From Deltaproteobacteria bacterium (GTDB taxonomy: Bacteria > Myxococcota > Kuafuiibacteriia > Kuafuiibacteriales > Kuafuiibacteriaceae), in contig JAVJQW010000015.1 of the NCBI GenBank assembly GCA_040218735.1, forward strand, positions 1 through 64,000: DNA of 64,000 nt. The letters are read 5' to 3'. Under the pieces are notes generated by a model. The model did no database searches, was not told where the DNA came from, and saw nothing but the letters and a program-made list of their open reading frames with translations. Both the position numbers and the translations under genes were made by a program. Below are positions 19,243-34,977 of the stretch, piece after piece. How positions within the stretch are numbered: position 1 is the first letter of the stretch; the number at the start of each line of letters is the position of its first letter.

Positions 19243-20675
19243 GTGTCGACCGTCGTCGTTTCCTCGTCGGCGCGGGCGGTGCCGCGCTCGCGTTGCCGTG
19301 GCTCCCGTCGCTGCGCGGTACGGCCTACGCGCAAGCGCAGCCGCCGAAGCGCCTGGCGATCGTCTACTTCTCGCACGGCCTCGTCCGAACGCGGTGGGCG
19401 CCCGCGTCGACCGGGCCGCTCCCCGCGACGGGGCCGATCTCCGATCTGCTCGCGCCGCTCGGCGACGTGCGCGAACACGTGCTCGTCCTCAGCGGGCTCG
19501 GCAACCCCGCGCGTCACCTCTACGAGGGCGACAACCACGACTGCGCGAACAACACGATCCTCACCAACGCCAAGCCGCAGTCGCTCGCGCTCGCCGGTGG
19601 TGAATCGATCGACCAAGCCGCGGCGCGCCTCCTCGTGGGCCGCGGTCAGCTCCCGTCCGCGCTGCTCCCCGTCACGCCGGGGCGCTACTACACGATGTTC
19701 TTCTCCGAGACCGGAGGGGTCGTCTCGCCGTCGACGCGGTTCTCGCCGAACCCTCGCCTCGCGGCGGAGGGGTTGTTCGCGACGCTCCCTTCGCAGTCCA
19801 CGGGCGGCGGGTCGCGGCCCACGCTCCAGCAACGCCTCCGCGATGGCCGCGCGAGCATGCTCGATGCGGTGACGGAGAACCTGAAGTCGGTGCGGTCCGG
19901 TCTGTCGTCGGAGGATCGTCAGCGGCTCGACGCTCACGCCGAGCACCTGCACGCGTTGTCGCAGCGGTACACCGTCGGGGCGCCCTCGGGCGGTCACTGC
20001 ACGCAGCCGGACTTCGGCACGATCCCTTCCGTCGACGTCGAGCCGGAGGCCGCGGGCACCCGCGACGACGAGACGGCGCCGGCGCAGATCGACAACATCG
20101 TCCGTGCGTTTGCGTGCGACGTCACGCGCGTCGCGGCGTTGCAGTTCAACGAGACCGAGAACCCCAGCTTCCCGTGGCTCTACGACGGCTCCGTTACGGC
20201 GTGCCGCGGTTCGTACGCGACGTGGCACGACATGGTTCACCTCGGCCAGCCGACCGGCGCCGACGCCGACACCGGCGTCCCGAGCCTGATGCGCGGGCAG
20301 ACCTTCTACATCACGCAGCTCGCGGAGCTGATCCGCCGCCTCGCCACGACGCCGGACATCGACGGGACGAGCACCCTCCTCGACAACACCCTCGTCCTCG
20401 CGCTCACCGACTTCGGCGACGAGAGCCACGGCAGCGCGAACATCCCCGTCGTGCTCGCGGGGCTCGGCGGTCGACTCGAGACCGGCCGCCACGTCGCGCT
20501 CGAGGGGCGCACGATGGGGGACCTGTACGCGACGCTGCTCGGGTTGCTCGGTGCGCCGAGCGGGACCACGTTCGGTCGCACCGAACGGATCGCGTGGGAC
20601 ACGCTGCACAACCTCGAGCTGTGGAACGACGACGTGAGGCCCGAGCGATTCTTCCACGGGCCGTTGCCGATCTGA
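19239..20675 (+). CDS. DUF1552-domain protein (Tat-like signal)
   Basis: DRRRFLVGAGG..LALPWL, SIDQ, AFACDVTRVA and LLDNTLV motifs; usual partner of DUF1592. Confidence 0.9.
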   Translation: MSVDRRRFLVGAGGAALALPWLPSLRGTAYAQAQPPKRLAIVYFSHGLVRTRWAPASTGPLPATGPISDLLAPLGDVREHVLVLSGLGNPARHLYEGDNHDCANNTILTNAKPQSLALAGGESIDQAAARLLVGRGQLPSALLPVTPGRYYTMFFSETGGVVSPSTRFSPNPRLAAEGLFATLPSQSTGGGSRPTLQQRLRDGRASMLDAVTENLKSVRSGLSSEDRQRLDAHAEHLHALSQRYTVGAPSGGHCTQPDFGTIPSVDVEPEAAGTRDDETAPAQIDNIVRAFACDVTRVAALQFNETENPSFPWLYDGSVTACRGSYATWHDMVHLGQPTGADADTGVPSLMRGQTFYITQLAELIRRLATTPDIDGTSTLLDNTLVLALTDFGDESHGSANIPVVLAGLGGRLETGRHVALEGRTMGDLYATLLGLLGAPSGTTFGRTERIAWDTLHNLELWNDDVRPERFFHGPLPI

Positions 20676-20679
20676 CCCC

Positions 20680-22038
20680 CTATCTTTGAGCGGCGAGCTC
20701 GGCGCCGATGCGTTCGACGTCCCGATCGCGCAGCGGATAGAAGAAGATCACAAACGCCGCGAGCGCGGTGAGGATCGCGGGGAACACGGAGAACAGGAGC
20801 CGGATCCCGAGCACCGCGTCTTCACTCTGCACCGCGTTGGGGACGAAGCCGTACAGGTCGAGCACCCAACCCGCGACGCCCGCCCCGATCGCCAACCCAG
20901 TCTTCTGCGCGAACATCGCCCCCGAGAACACGAGCCCGGTCGTGCGTCGCCCGAACGTGTACTCGCCGTAGTCCGCGATGTCCGCGTACATCGCCCAGAC
21001 CAACGCGGGGGTGGGGCCGACGATGAAGGTCGCCGCGAAGTTGAGCGTGAGGAGCAGCCCGAAGCGGTCCGGCGGGATGAAGAAGAACGCCGCGAGGCCG
21101 AGCGCGTTGAGGAGCGTCAGCGCGATCATCAGCACACGTTTATCGAACCGTTGGGTGAACAGCTTCGTGGCGGAGACGCCGGCGACCATCGCGGCGGTGC
21201 CGGAGAGGAAGAAGGTCGAGGTGCGGTCGAAGATCCAGAACACCACGGCGTCGGGGTCCTCGACGTAGTACTTCATGAAGAACAACGTCGCCCCGCCGCG
21301 CGCCGCGACGTTCATCAGCGTGAAGAGCGCAGCCGCGACCATCACCAGCCACGGTCGGTTCTTCACCAACACCGCGAGGTCGCCCTTCAGGTCCGTCGCC
21401 TGGCCGGCGGGGGGCTCGACGCGTTCACGCGTCGTCGCAAACGTCACCAGCCACAGCGCGGACGACGCGATCGCGAAGATGGCCATGGTGAGTTGGTAGC
21501 CCCGGACTTCGTCGCCGGCGCCGAGGTAGCTCTTCAGCGGGATGACGAACCCGGAGATCAGCAGCTGTGCGCCGAACGCGCAGACGAAGCGGTAGGTGGA
21601 GAGCGTCGTGCGTTCGTCCGAGCTCGACGACATCACGCCCATCAACGATGAGTACGGGATGTTGATCACCGTGTACGCGACCATCATCGCGCTGTAGGTC
21701 ACGTACGCGTAGACGAGCTTGCCGTCGGCGGAGAGGTCCGGGCCGGCGAACATCGCGTAGCCGATCGCGCCGAACGGGAGCGCGGTGAATAGGATGTACG
21801 GCCTGAACCGCCCCCAGCGCGAACGTGTGCGGTCCGCGACCATGCCCATGCCGACGTCCGTGAACGCGTCGACGAGCTTGGTGACGAGGAACATCGTGCC
21901 CACCGCCGCCGCGGCGAGGCCGAAGACGTCGACGTAGTAACTGAGCAAGAAGATGTTGAACGTGTGGAAGAAGAAGTTCGACGCGGTGTCGCCGAGTCCG
22001 TAGCCGAGCTTCTCACGGAGTCGGAGGCGCTCGGTCAC
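20680..22038 (-). CDS. Glycoside-pentoside-hexuronide:cation symporter (MFS)
   Basis: EKLGYGLGD, DRTRSRWGRFRPY and NIPYSSL motifs, about 12 TMs. Confidence 0.92.
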   Translation of the reverse strand: MTERLRLREKLGYGLGDTASNFFFHTFNIFLLSYYVDVFGLAAAAVGTMFLVTKLVDAFTDVGMGMVADRTRSRWGRFRPYILFTALPFGAIGYAMFAGPDLSADGKLVYAYVTYSAMMVAYTVINIPYSSLMGVMSSSSDERTTLSTYRFVCAFGAQLLISGFVIPLKSYLGAGDEVRGYQLTMAIFAIASSALWLVTFATTRERVEPPAGQATDLKGDLAVLVKNRPWLVMVAAALFTLMNVAARGGATLFFMKYYVEDPDAVVFWIFDRTSTFFLSGTAAMVAGVSATKLFTQRFDKRVLMIALTLLNALGLAAFFFIPPDRFGLLLTLNFAATFIVGPTPALVWAMYADIADYGEYTFGRRTTGLVFSGAMFAQKTGLAIGAGVAGWVLDLYGFVPNAVQSEDAVLGIRLLFSVFPAILTALAAFVIFFYPLRDRDVERIGAELAAQR

Positions 22039-22204
22039 CGTCGCAGCGTAGCAGGCGTCGATGGGTTCGAGGGCCGGTGGTTGGGCTCCGGCGCTCCACG
22101 CGAGTTCGGACTCACCCGGTACTGCCGCCCAGCACACACGCTCCGATCCCCTCCGCGGTGGTGTAGGCGTTCCACGGTTGCGCCGATCGGCTATAACTTC
22201 CCGC

Positions 22205-25200
22205 GTGCGCATTCGCTGGGCTCCGCTGCTGTTGCTCGTCGCCTGCGGGGCCCCCGCGCCGCCCGAGGTCGACGCGAACGGCCACGCGATCATCGAGGCT
22301 CCGATCGAGGAAGGCTTCCACGCGGTCGGTGCGCTGATCGTCGCCATCCCCGGCGAGGAGCCGTCCGGGAGCTACTGCAGCGGCACGTTGATCGACCCGC
22401 GCTGGGTGCTCACAGCTGCGCACTGCATCTCGGGTGCGGCGGGGCGCGTCCCACCGACCGCGCCCGAGTCCGAGGCGTACCACGTCGCATTCTTCATGGG
22501 GGTCCACGCAGGGACGCCCGAAGAGGGGATCATCGCTCCGGCGGCGCGGCTCTTCATCCACCCCGAGTACGGCAACGACAACACCGAGCGCCTCTACGAC
22601 ATCGCGTTGATCGAGCTCGCCGAGCCCGTCACTTCGACCGCCGCCTTCCCCATCCTGCGCGAGCCGATGCCGGACGAGGTCGGCACGCCGATCTTCTTCG
22701 TGGGTTACGGGCAGTCGAACCCGGACGGTGGCGGGAGCGGGCGGCGCCGCTCGGGCACGTTCACGCTGAACTCGCGCAACCCGACGACGTTCATCACCAC
22801 CCAGACCCAAGGCGGGGTTTGTTTCGGCGACTCCGGCGGCCCGGGGATGATCCAAGTGGACGGCGAGTGGCACGTCATCGGCGTCAACAGCTCGGTGCTG
22901 GGGGACCCGTCTTGTTTCGGGCACTCGGTCCAAGCGCGGGTCGACGCCTACGTGTCGTGGATAGACCATGTGATGAACGCGCCGCGGACTTCGTGCGCCG
23001 ACGATCCCAACGTCTGTGACTGCGCTCAGGCGTGCACGCCGGATGGTTACTGCGACAACGCACAGTGTGGCGTGCCCGGCTGCATCGCGCTGCAATCCTG
23101 CTTGCGTCGGTGTGGATCGAGTGTCTGTCAGATCTCCTGCCTCAACCGCGCTACACCCGAGGCCAACGATCTGTTCCTGGAGCTCAACGCCTGCATCGTC
23201 GAGCGCTGCCCCGACGGACGGAACGAATGCGTCCAGAGCGCGTGTCGCCGCGACGTCATCGGCTGCAAGGACGGGCGCGACGCCGTGACGGGCGAGGGGA
23301 GCTGCCGCGACGCCTTCCAGTGCGCCGCTGCGTGCGACGACGATCCGATCTGCGTGGACGACTGCTTCTTCGAAGCCACCATCGAATCTCAGCTGCAGTT
23401 CGAGACGATCGAAGACTGTGCGGCGGCGGCGTGTGATGAGTTCGAGCCCGGGTCGGCTGAAGCCATCCGCTGCCGCGACGGGAACTGCCGCGCGCCCCTC
23501 CTCGAATGTATGCCGCCTGCGTCGTGTTCGCTGCTAGGTGGGGAGTGCGAAGCCGACTCGGCCTGTGTCCCCGCGGGCTGGGGCGCGACGTACTGCCAGC
23601 CGACGGTCGGAATCGCGGTCGGCGCTTCGTGCTCGACCCGGGTCTTCTCGTGTGAGGACGGCGCGTTCTGCGTCGACGGGATGTGTCGCGAGCTCTGCTC
23701 CGTCGCGTCGGACTGCGAGACGCACTACGGGCCGTGCATCGCGACGGCGACCGAAGGCCTGCCGCTCACCGTCGGCATCTGCGACACGCGGTGCTCGGAC
23801 TTCGACGGCGACGGCAGCTGCGACGTCGACGACTGCGATCCCTGGAACCCCGCCGTCGCGCCCGGCCAGACCGAGGTCTGCGATGCGCTCGGTCTCGACG
23901 AGGACTGCGACGGCGAACGCAACGAGGGTTGCTTCCTCGAAGAGGCACCGACGCTCGACGTCGAAGAGGACGAGGGCGGCTGCGGTTGCGCCACGCAGCG
24001 CAGCGGTCGCGCGGGGCTCTGGCTCTGGGTGCCGTTGGTGTTGTTCGGCCTGCGTCGTCGCGCCTGGCTGATCGCGTTGCTCGCGGCGGCGTGTGCGGGC
24101 GGTGAGGACGGGCCGCCGCAGGTGGCACGCGACGGGGGGCCGACCTACCCGCCGCTGATCGTGGACGCCGCTCCGTCGCCCACGCCGTCCGTGTTCAACA
24201 TTCAGCAGGGGCGCGTCCCGGTGGGGACGACGGTCGACCTCGAGGATCTGGTCGTCACGAGCCCCGAGAGCGCGACGGGGTTCTTCGTGTCGGACGGAAC
24301 GGAGGGGCCGTACTCGGGGATCTGGATCGACAACCGCGTCGCGGGGCCGGAGCCGATCGTTTCGGTCGGCGACGTCGTGCGGATCCGCGGTGAGGTCGCG
24401 GAGCTGACGTTCACGTCGACCGTGATCGAGCCGTTCGAAGGATCACGTACGCAGATCGTCGTCACGCAGGCGGATGGCATCCGCGTGACGGGCCGAAGAT
24501 CGGCGCCGCTCCCGACCGAGATCAACAAGGAGGAGCTGTTCATCCCGGAGGTCGCGGAGCTGTACGAGGGCGTCGTGGTCACGATCGAGGCCGGGGTGCT
24601 CACCGGGACGGACCGAGACCGGGGTGAGCTGACGGTCGACGATCTCGTGCGCGTCGACGACCTCTTCACGACGTTCGACTTCACGTGGCTCGTCCCCGGC
24701 GCGCGCTTCGTTCGTGTCACCGGGCCAGTCCAGTTCGACGAGCGTGGCTTCTACCTGGTCCCCCGAACCGCCGCGGATCTCGAACGCGGGCCGATCGATC
24801 TGCTCGGGTGTGTCCCGACCGAGGGCTACACGATCTGCACGTCGCGGCGCCGCTTCAACGACGCCGGTCGACACTGCGCCGCCCAGGGCGGGCGCCTCCC
24901 GGTGCTCACCACCACCGTCGCCAACGTCACGCTCGGTGCGCTCGCGCGCGAGTGGACGGACCGAGCGTTCTGGGTCGGCGCGACCGACAGCGCGATCGAG
25001 GGCGAGTGGCTCTGGGTCGACGGGTCGACGCTCGCCTACGACCCGTGGGGCAACGGCGAACCCAACGACGCCGGCAACGGCGAAGACTGCGCGCAGAGCA
25101 ACTGGCGCGGCGACGGCGTCTGGAACGACGCCAACTGCAACTCACGTCAGCACTACGTGTGTGAGTTCCCGGGCGAGGGCGCGCGCTGCGAAGACGTCGC

Positions 25201-25245
25201 GCCATGCCGCGGGGGGCGGTGCGTTCGCGGGAGTTGTGTGGCGCC

Positions 25246-25249
<4 letters not shown>
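22205..25249 (+). CDS. Trypsin-like serine protease with Cys-rich region, internal MYXO-CTERM-like segment, OB-fold-like region and C-type lectin domain
   Basis: LVAC lipobox; LTAAHC, DIAL and GDSGGP triad; GGCGC...LRRR; WVGATD...EPND...WND lectin motifs. Confidence 0.88.
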
Positions 25250-30327
<5,078 letters not shown>

Positions 30328-30387
30328 AGACTTCGTATAGCTGGGACCCCGTCGTCGCCGCAAACCACCCACGGCCGGTGAAGGTCG

Positions 30388-31521
30388 TCACGGGTCGATG
30401 TTGCCGCCCGGGGGGAGGCCGCTCGGTACGCGAGCGGGGATGGTGCGGTCGAAGCTCTCGTCCCCGAGCGTCCGGAGGAAGGCCGCGATGGGCTCCGCTG
30501 CGCTTCGCGGGACCGAGATGCGCCGGAGCCCTCGGTCGAGCGCGTCGCGCGGGACGGGGGAGTCCGGGACGCCGTTGCGTTCGTTGATCTCGTGGTAGAA
30601 GTCGACGACCTCTTCGAGCGTTTCGACGACACCGCCGTGCATGTAAGGCGGGTGGAGCGCGACGTTCCTGAGCGTCGGGGTCCGGAACGCGAAGTCACCG
30701 TTCGCCGCGTCGCTCTGCGTCAAACGTTCGTTGTCCGGGACGCCGTTGGTGTGGAGCCGGAAGTCGGAGAACAGCGGGCCGCTGTGGCAGCGGTGGCAGT
30801 CGCCTTCGAAGAACGCTTCGAGGCCCTGTTCTTCTTCGGGGTTCAGCGCGGTGATGTCGCCGTCCATGTACCGGTCGAAGGGAGCGTCGACCGCGAGGAG
30901 CGTGCGCTCGAACGCCGCGATCGCGCGGCTCATCGTGTCCTCGCCGATGCGCTCGCCCGGGAACGCGCGCTCGAAGAGGTCGACGTACTCGGGGATCGAA
31001 GCGAGTCGAACGCTGAGGATGCCGACCGTGCGCTCTTCGTCGTAGGCGCTGCCGCGCATCTCTTCGAACACGTGCGTGGGGCGGAGCGCCTGACGTTCGA
31101 GGGTTTGCATTCGGTTGTCCCAGAACATCGGGGCGGCGTTCGGATCGTAGACGTCGTGGGGCTCGGCGATACCGTTGAGCGCGACGTTGAGGATCGACAT
31201 CGCGTTGCGCGGCACCAACATGCCGCCGCGCCGTTGCTCCGACAGGCCGACGGCGCCGACGCCACGGCTGAGATCGAGGCGTTCGGCGTAGCCCGCGTCG
31301 GGGTGATGGCACGAAGCACACGCGACGTCGCGGTCGCCCGAGAGGATCGGGTCCCAGAACAGCAGCCGTCCGAGCTCGGCCTCCTCCGCACGAATCGAGG
31401 GCGGGAGGTGGTGCGGCTCGACGCGTCCGAACGTCGTGAGCGCACGGGACTGCAGCTCCAGGGAGTCCGGTCCGCCGCAGGCGGCGAAGAAGAGGAAGGG
31501 GGATAGGCGGAGCAGCTTCAC
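30388..31521 (-). CDS. Di-heme cytochrome c peroxidase / MauG family protein
   Basis: LGRLLFWDPILS, CASCH, CHRCH and FRTPTLRNV..HPPYMH motifs. Confidence 0.92.
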   Translation of the reverse strand: MKLLRLSPFLFFAACGGPDSLELQSRALTTFGRVEPHHLPPSIRAEEAELGRLLFWDPILSGDRDVACASCHHPDAGYAERLDLSRGVGAVGLSEQRRGGMLVPRNAMSILNVALNGIAEPHDVYDPNAAPMFWDNRMQTLERQALRPTHVFEEMRGSAYDEERTVGILSVRLASIPEYVDLFERAFPGERIGEDTMSRAIAAFERTLLAVDAPFDRYMDGDITALNPEEEQGLEAFFEGDCHRCHSGPLFSDFRLHTNGVPDNERLTQSDAANGDFAFRTPTLRNVALHPPYMHGGVVETLEEVVDFYHEINERNGVPDSPVPRDALDRGLRRISVPRSAAEPIAAFLRTLGDESFDRTIPARVPSGLPPGGNIDP

Positions 31522-31654
31522 GGGAGCTTCAGTCGAAGCGCGCCTCGGAATTTATGATCGCGGACGAAAACACCCACGTTCGATGACACCGTCGTAGCAC
31601 CCACCCGACACCGTCCGGTCATCGAGTCCGTGTAATCGAGTACGGGGTGGACAA

Positions 31655-32548
31655 GTGACCACGGCCATCGCGCGCATCCTCCTGCAGGAGGACCTCAACT
31701 TCCTCGTCACGAATCGAATCCCGCGACGGGCCGCGTCGCTGCTGATGGCGTGGTTCAGTCACATCGAGAGTCGTCCGCTCACGAAGCTCTCGGTCGCGGT
31801 GTGGCGACAGTTCGCCCACGACCTCGATCTCACCGAGGCCGAAGCGGACGAGTTCCTCAGCCTGCACGACGTCTTCGTGCGGCGCCTGAAGGACGGCTCG
31901 CGTCCGATCGACTCGAGCCCCAGCTCGCTCGTCAGCCCGTGTGACGCGGTCGTCGGCGCGATGGGGCGCGTGGAGCGCGGCATGGCGCTCCAGGCCAAGG
32001 GGATGCGTTATCCCATAAAGGACCTATTGCACGACGACGCGCTGATCCGTGCGCACGAAGGCGGCTGGTACGTGACGCTGCGCCTGCGGTCGAGCATGTA
32101 CCACCGCTTCCACGCGCCGCTCGACGCGCGTGTCCGCCGCGTCACGTACATCTCGGGCGACACCTGGAACGTGAACCCCATCGCGCTGAAGCGAGTGGAG
32201 CGGCTGTTCTGCAAGAACGAGCGCGCGATCGTGGAGCTCGCGCCGACGGACACGGCGCTGACGCTGACGATGGTGCCGGTCGCGGCGATCCTCGTCGCGG
32301 GTATCAAGCTCCACTGCCTCGAGGGGGTCTTCAACCTGGCCTACGACGGGCCGGAGCGCGTCGAGTGCGACGCCGCCTACGAGAAGGGCGACGAGCTCGG
32401 GTACTTCCAGAGTGGCTCGACGATCGTCCTCTTTGCCTCCGGGCCGGTGCGGTTCGCGCCGAGCGTTCGGGAGGGCATGAACATTCGGATGGGGGAGCCG
32501 CTGTTGGTGCGGTCCTTCGAACTCGTCAATTCAAAGGAGAACTCATGA
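31655..32548 (+). CDS. psd: Phosphatidylserine decarboxylase proenzyme
   Basis: FVRRLK..SRP, SPCD, YHRFHAP, NER and GST self-cleavage motif. Confidence 0.9.
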   Translation: MTTAIARILLQEDLNFLVTNRIPRRAASLLMAWFSHIESRPLTKLSVAVWRQFAHDLDLTEAEADEFLSLHDVFVRRLKDGSRPIDSSPSSLVSPCDAVVGAMGRVERGMALQAKGMRYPIKDLLHDDALIRAHEGGWYVTLRLRSSMYHRFHAPLDARVRRVTYISGDTWNVNPIALKRVERLFCKNERAIVELAPTDTALTLTMVPVAAILVAGIKLHCLEGVFNLAYDGPERVECDAAYEKGDELGYFQSGSTIVLFASGPVRFAPSVREGMNIRMGEPLLVRSFELVNSKENS

Positions 32549-33165
32549 ACCGTCAACTCAGCTTCTTCGAAGAGCTCACCGAGCAGCGCTGGGACGACCA
32601 TCGCTTCTATCACCAGAGCTACGTCAACCAGGCGCTCCACCTCTTCAGCGCCTCGTGTTTCGTGGTGACCTACGTACTCATCCCGATCGAGCCGGTCGCC
32701 GCAGTCTTCTTCGGCTGGTTCATCGCGATGTGGTCGCGTCAGATCGGGCACTTCTTCTTCGAGCCGAAGGGGCACGACAACGTGAACGGCGTCAGCTTCG
32801 CGCACAAGGAGAAGATCAAGGTGGGTTTCAACTTGCAGCGCAAGGTCGCGATGTTGATCGCGTGGCTGTCGATTCCGGCGATCCTCCACTTCGTGCCGAG
32901 CACGCTCGCGTGGATGACTTCACTGACCGGCGAAGCGGACTACCTGCACAACCTCGCGGTGGCTTGGCTCAGCCTGGCGGGGATCGGCCTGCTGGGGCGG
33001 ACGATCTGGCTGATGATCTTCCGGAACCCGCAGACGGGGCTCGTGTGGTGCACGAAGATCCTCACGGACCCCTTCCACGACATCAAGCAGTACCATGCGG
33101 CGCCGCTTCACCTGCTGCGGGGTGAGCGTCTCGATCCGATGAACGCCCGAGCTTCGCACGGATGA
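32545..33165 (+). CDS. Membrane protein, Mpo1/DUF962-like
   Basis: YHQSYVNQALH and QIGHFFFE histidine motifs, several TMs; ATGA overlap with psd. Confidence 0.7.
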   Translation: MNRQLSFFEELTEQRWDDHRFYHQSYVNQALHLFSASCFVVTYVLIPIEPVAAVFFGWFIAMWSRQIGHFFFEPKGHDNVNGVSFAHKEKIKVGFNLQRKVAMLIAWLSIPAILHFVPSTLAWMTSLTGEADYLHNLAVAWLSLAGIGLLGRTIWLMIFRNPQTGLVWCTKILTDPFHDIKQYHAAPLHLLRGERLDPMNARASHG

Positions 33166-34786
33166 GCTCCTTCAGGACGCGGCGCTTCAGCAACTTGTTC
33201 GTGAGCTCCGCGTCCGCCCACCACCAGCCGTCCTCCTTCATCGCCGCCGCGGCCGCCAAGTAGCGCTGACCAATCTGTTCGAAGTCCGCGTCCGTCAGGT
33301 CGTGGGAGAAGATCATGCGGCCGGTCCCGATCCAGCTCAGCGCCAGCCCCTGCTCCCGCAGGTAGTATTGGAACATCCAGTTGTACGCCGACGGCTTCGT
33401 GTAGAGGGTCGTCCAGACCGAGACCATGTTCTCGAGGTGAACGGGCGCACCCATCGCTTCGAGCTTCGCGTTGAGTTTCACCGCGCGGTCGTTCCAACGC
33501 TCCTCCAACCCATCGTAGGTCGCCTGAGTTTCGGGCTCGTCCAGGAAGCGTAGGAACTCGTTCATCGCCGCCATGACGTAGGGGTGTGAGTTGAACGTCC
33601 CGCGCGCAAAGCAGATGTCCGCGGGTTTGTCGTCCTTGTAGCGCTTCATGAACGCCCGTTTGCCGCAAACGACCCCGACGGGGAGGCCACCTCCGAGGGT
33701 CTTGCCGTAGGTGACGATGTCCGCGTCGACACCGAAGTACTCCTGCACGCCGCCGCGGGCGAGGCGGAAGCCGAGGAAGACCTCGTCGAGGATCAACACG
33801 ATCCCCTTCTTCGTGCACACCTCGCGGAGGCGCCGCAGCCAGTCGGCGTACGCCGCCTTGTCGTAGCGCGCCTTTCGGTCACTCGCGAGGAGCGTCGAGT
33901 CCCCCGACGGCGGCCCGTTTGGTGTCATCGCCTGCAGCGGGTTCACGAGCACACACGCGATGTCGTTGCGCGTCGCGAGGAGGTTCAGCGTTCGCTCGCT
34001 CATCTCCTGGAGCGTGAACAAGTCACGCACCGGTCGTGGGTTTCCGACGCCGGCCTGAAGGTTGTCGCTCCAGCCGTGGTAGGCGCCGGCGAACCGCACC
34101 GCCTTGGGGCGCCCGGTGTGATACCGGGCGAGGCGTACCGCCTGCATCACGGCCTCCGTGCCCGACATGTGGAAGGAGACCTCGTCCTTTCCGGAGATCT
34201 TCTTCAGGCGATCGACGTTGTCGGCGATGACCGGGTGGTACGCGCCAAGGATCGGCCCGAGGTCGCGCGCTCGCTCTACCGCGCGGTCGATGCACTTCTT
34301 GTAGACCTCGATCCCGAACAGGTTGACGCCGTACGACCCGCCGAGGTCGTACGCCCAGTTGCCGTCGAGGTCGGCGACGCGAGGCCCGTCGGTCTCGGCG
34401 ACGATGCTCCCGACCTGGAGGTGTCTTCGAACGAGCTCCCGGAACTGGAACGGCACGCGGTACGCGTTGACGAACGCGACGTCGGAGACACCGGACTCCA
34501 GCGATTGGCTCGCTTCGAGCGTCTTCGGTGCGCGCGCGCGGAGGGATTGCGCGATCCGCAGGAACGCTTCGCGGCGCTTCGCGGCGACCTCGTTCGGCGC
34601 CCCGTCGACGCCGAAGGCGAACGACTCGTCGTAGGTGACCTGCGGGACGAGCCGCGACAGGAGCACCGCCGTACGCGGGTGACCGGTGAGGGATCGGTGT
34701 TTGGCGCGCGAGAGTTTGATTCGTCGCCAGAGCTTCGGTGCGAGCCATGCGCCCGTCGCGGCGCCTGCAACCCAAATGGGATCCAT
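33083..34786 (-). CDS. Class III PLP aminotransferase (GSA aminomutase-like) with N-terminal anchor
   Basis: SGTEAVM, YHGW, ILDEVFLGFR and YGKTLGGGLPVG motifs. Confidence 0.9.
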   Translation of the reverse strand: MDPIWVAGAATGAWLAPKLWRRIKLSRAKHRSLTGHPRTAVLLSRLVPQVTYDESFAFGVDGAPNEVAAKRREAFLRIAQSLRARAPKTLEASQSLESGVSDVAFVNAYRVPFQFRELVRRHLQVGSIVAETDGPRVADLDGNWAYDLGGSYGVNLFGIEVYKKCIDRAVERARDLGPILGAYHPVIADNVDRLKKISGKDEVSFHMSGTEAVMQAVRLARYHTGRPKAVRFAGAYHGWSDNLQAGVGNPRPVRDLFTLQEMSERTLNLLATRNDIACVLVNPLQAMTPNGPPSGDSTLLASDRKARYDKAAYADWLRRLREVCTKKGIVLILDEVFLGFRLARGGVQEYFGVDADIVTYGKTLGGGLPVGVVCGKRAFMKRYKDDKPADICFARGTFNSHPYVMAAMNEFLRFLDEPETQATYDGLEERWNDRAVKLNAKLEAMGAPVHLENMVSVWTTLYTKPSAYNWMFQYYLREQGLALSWIGTGRMIFSHDLTDADFEQIGQRYLAAAAAMKEDGWWWADAELTNKLLKRRVLKELIRAKLGRSSDRDAHPAAGEAAPHGTA

Positions 34787-34977
34787 ATGAGATGCACCCT
34801 CGCCCTTGTCGATCGATGCGTCGAGGGGGCGCCTGGTGACATTCGTGCGTCAGTGAGGAGGCGCGCGATCAACGTGCTGATGACTCGTGAAAACGTTCAC
34901 CTTCGCGTGCCCGATCCGACGACGTTGCCGCCGTCGTGACACTCGATCCTCACGGAGCGCTGCTACCCGTCGTGTCA

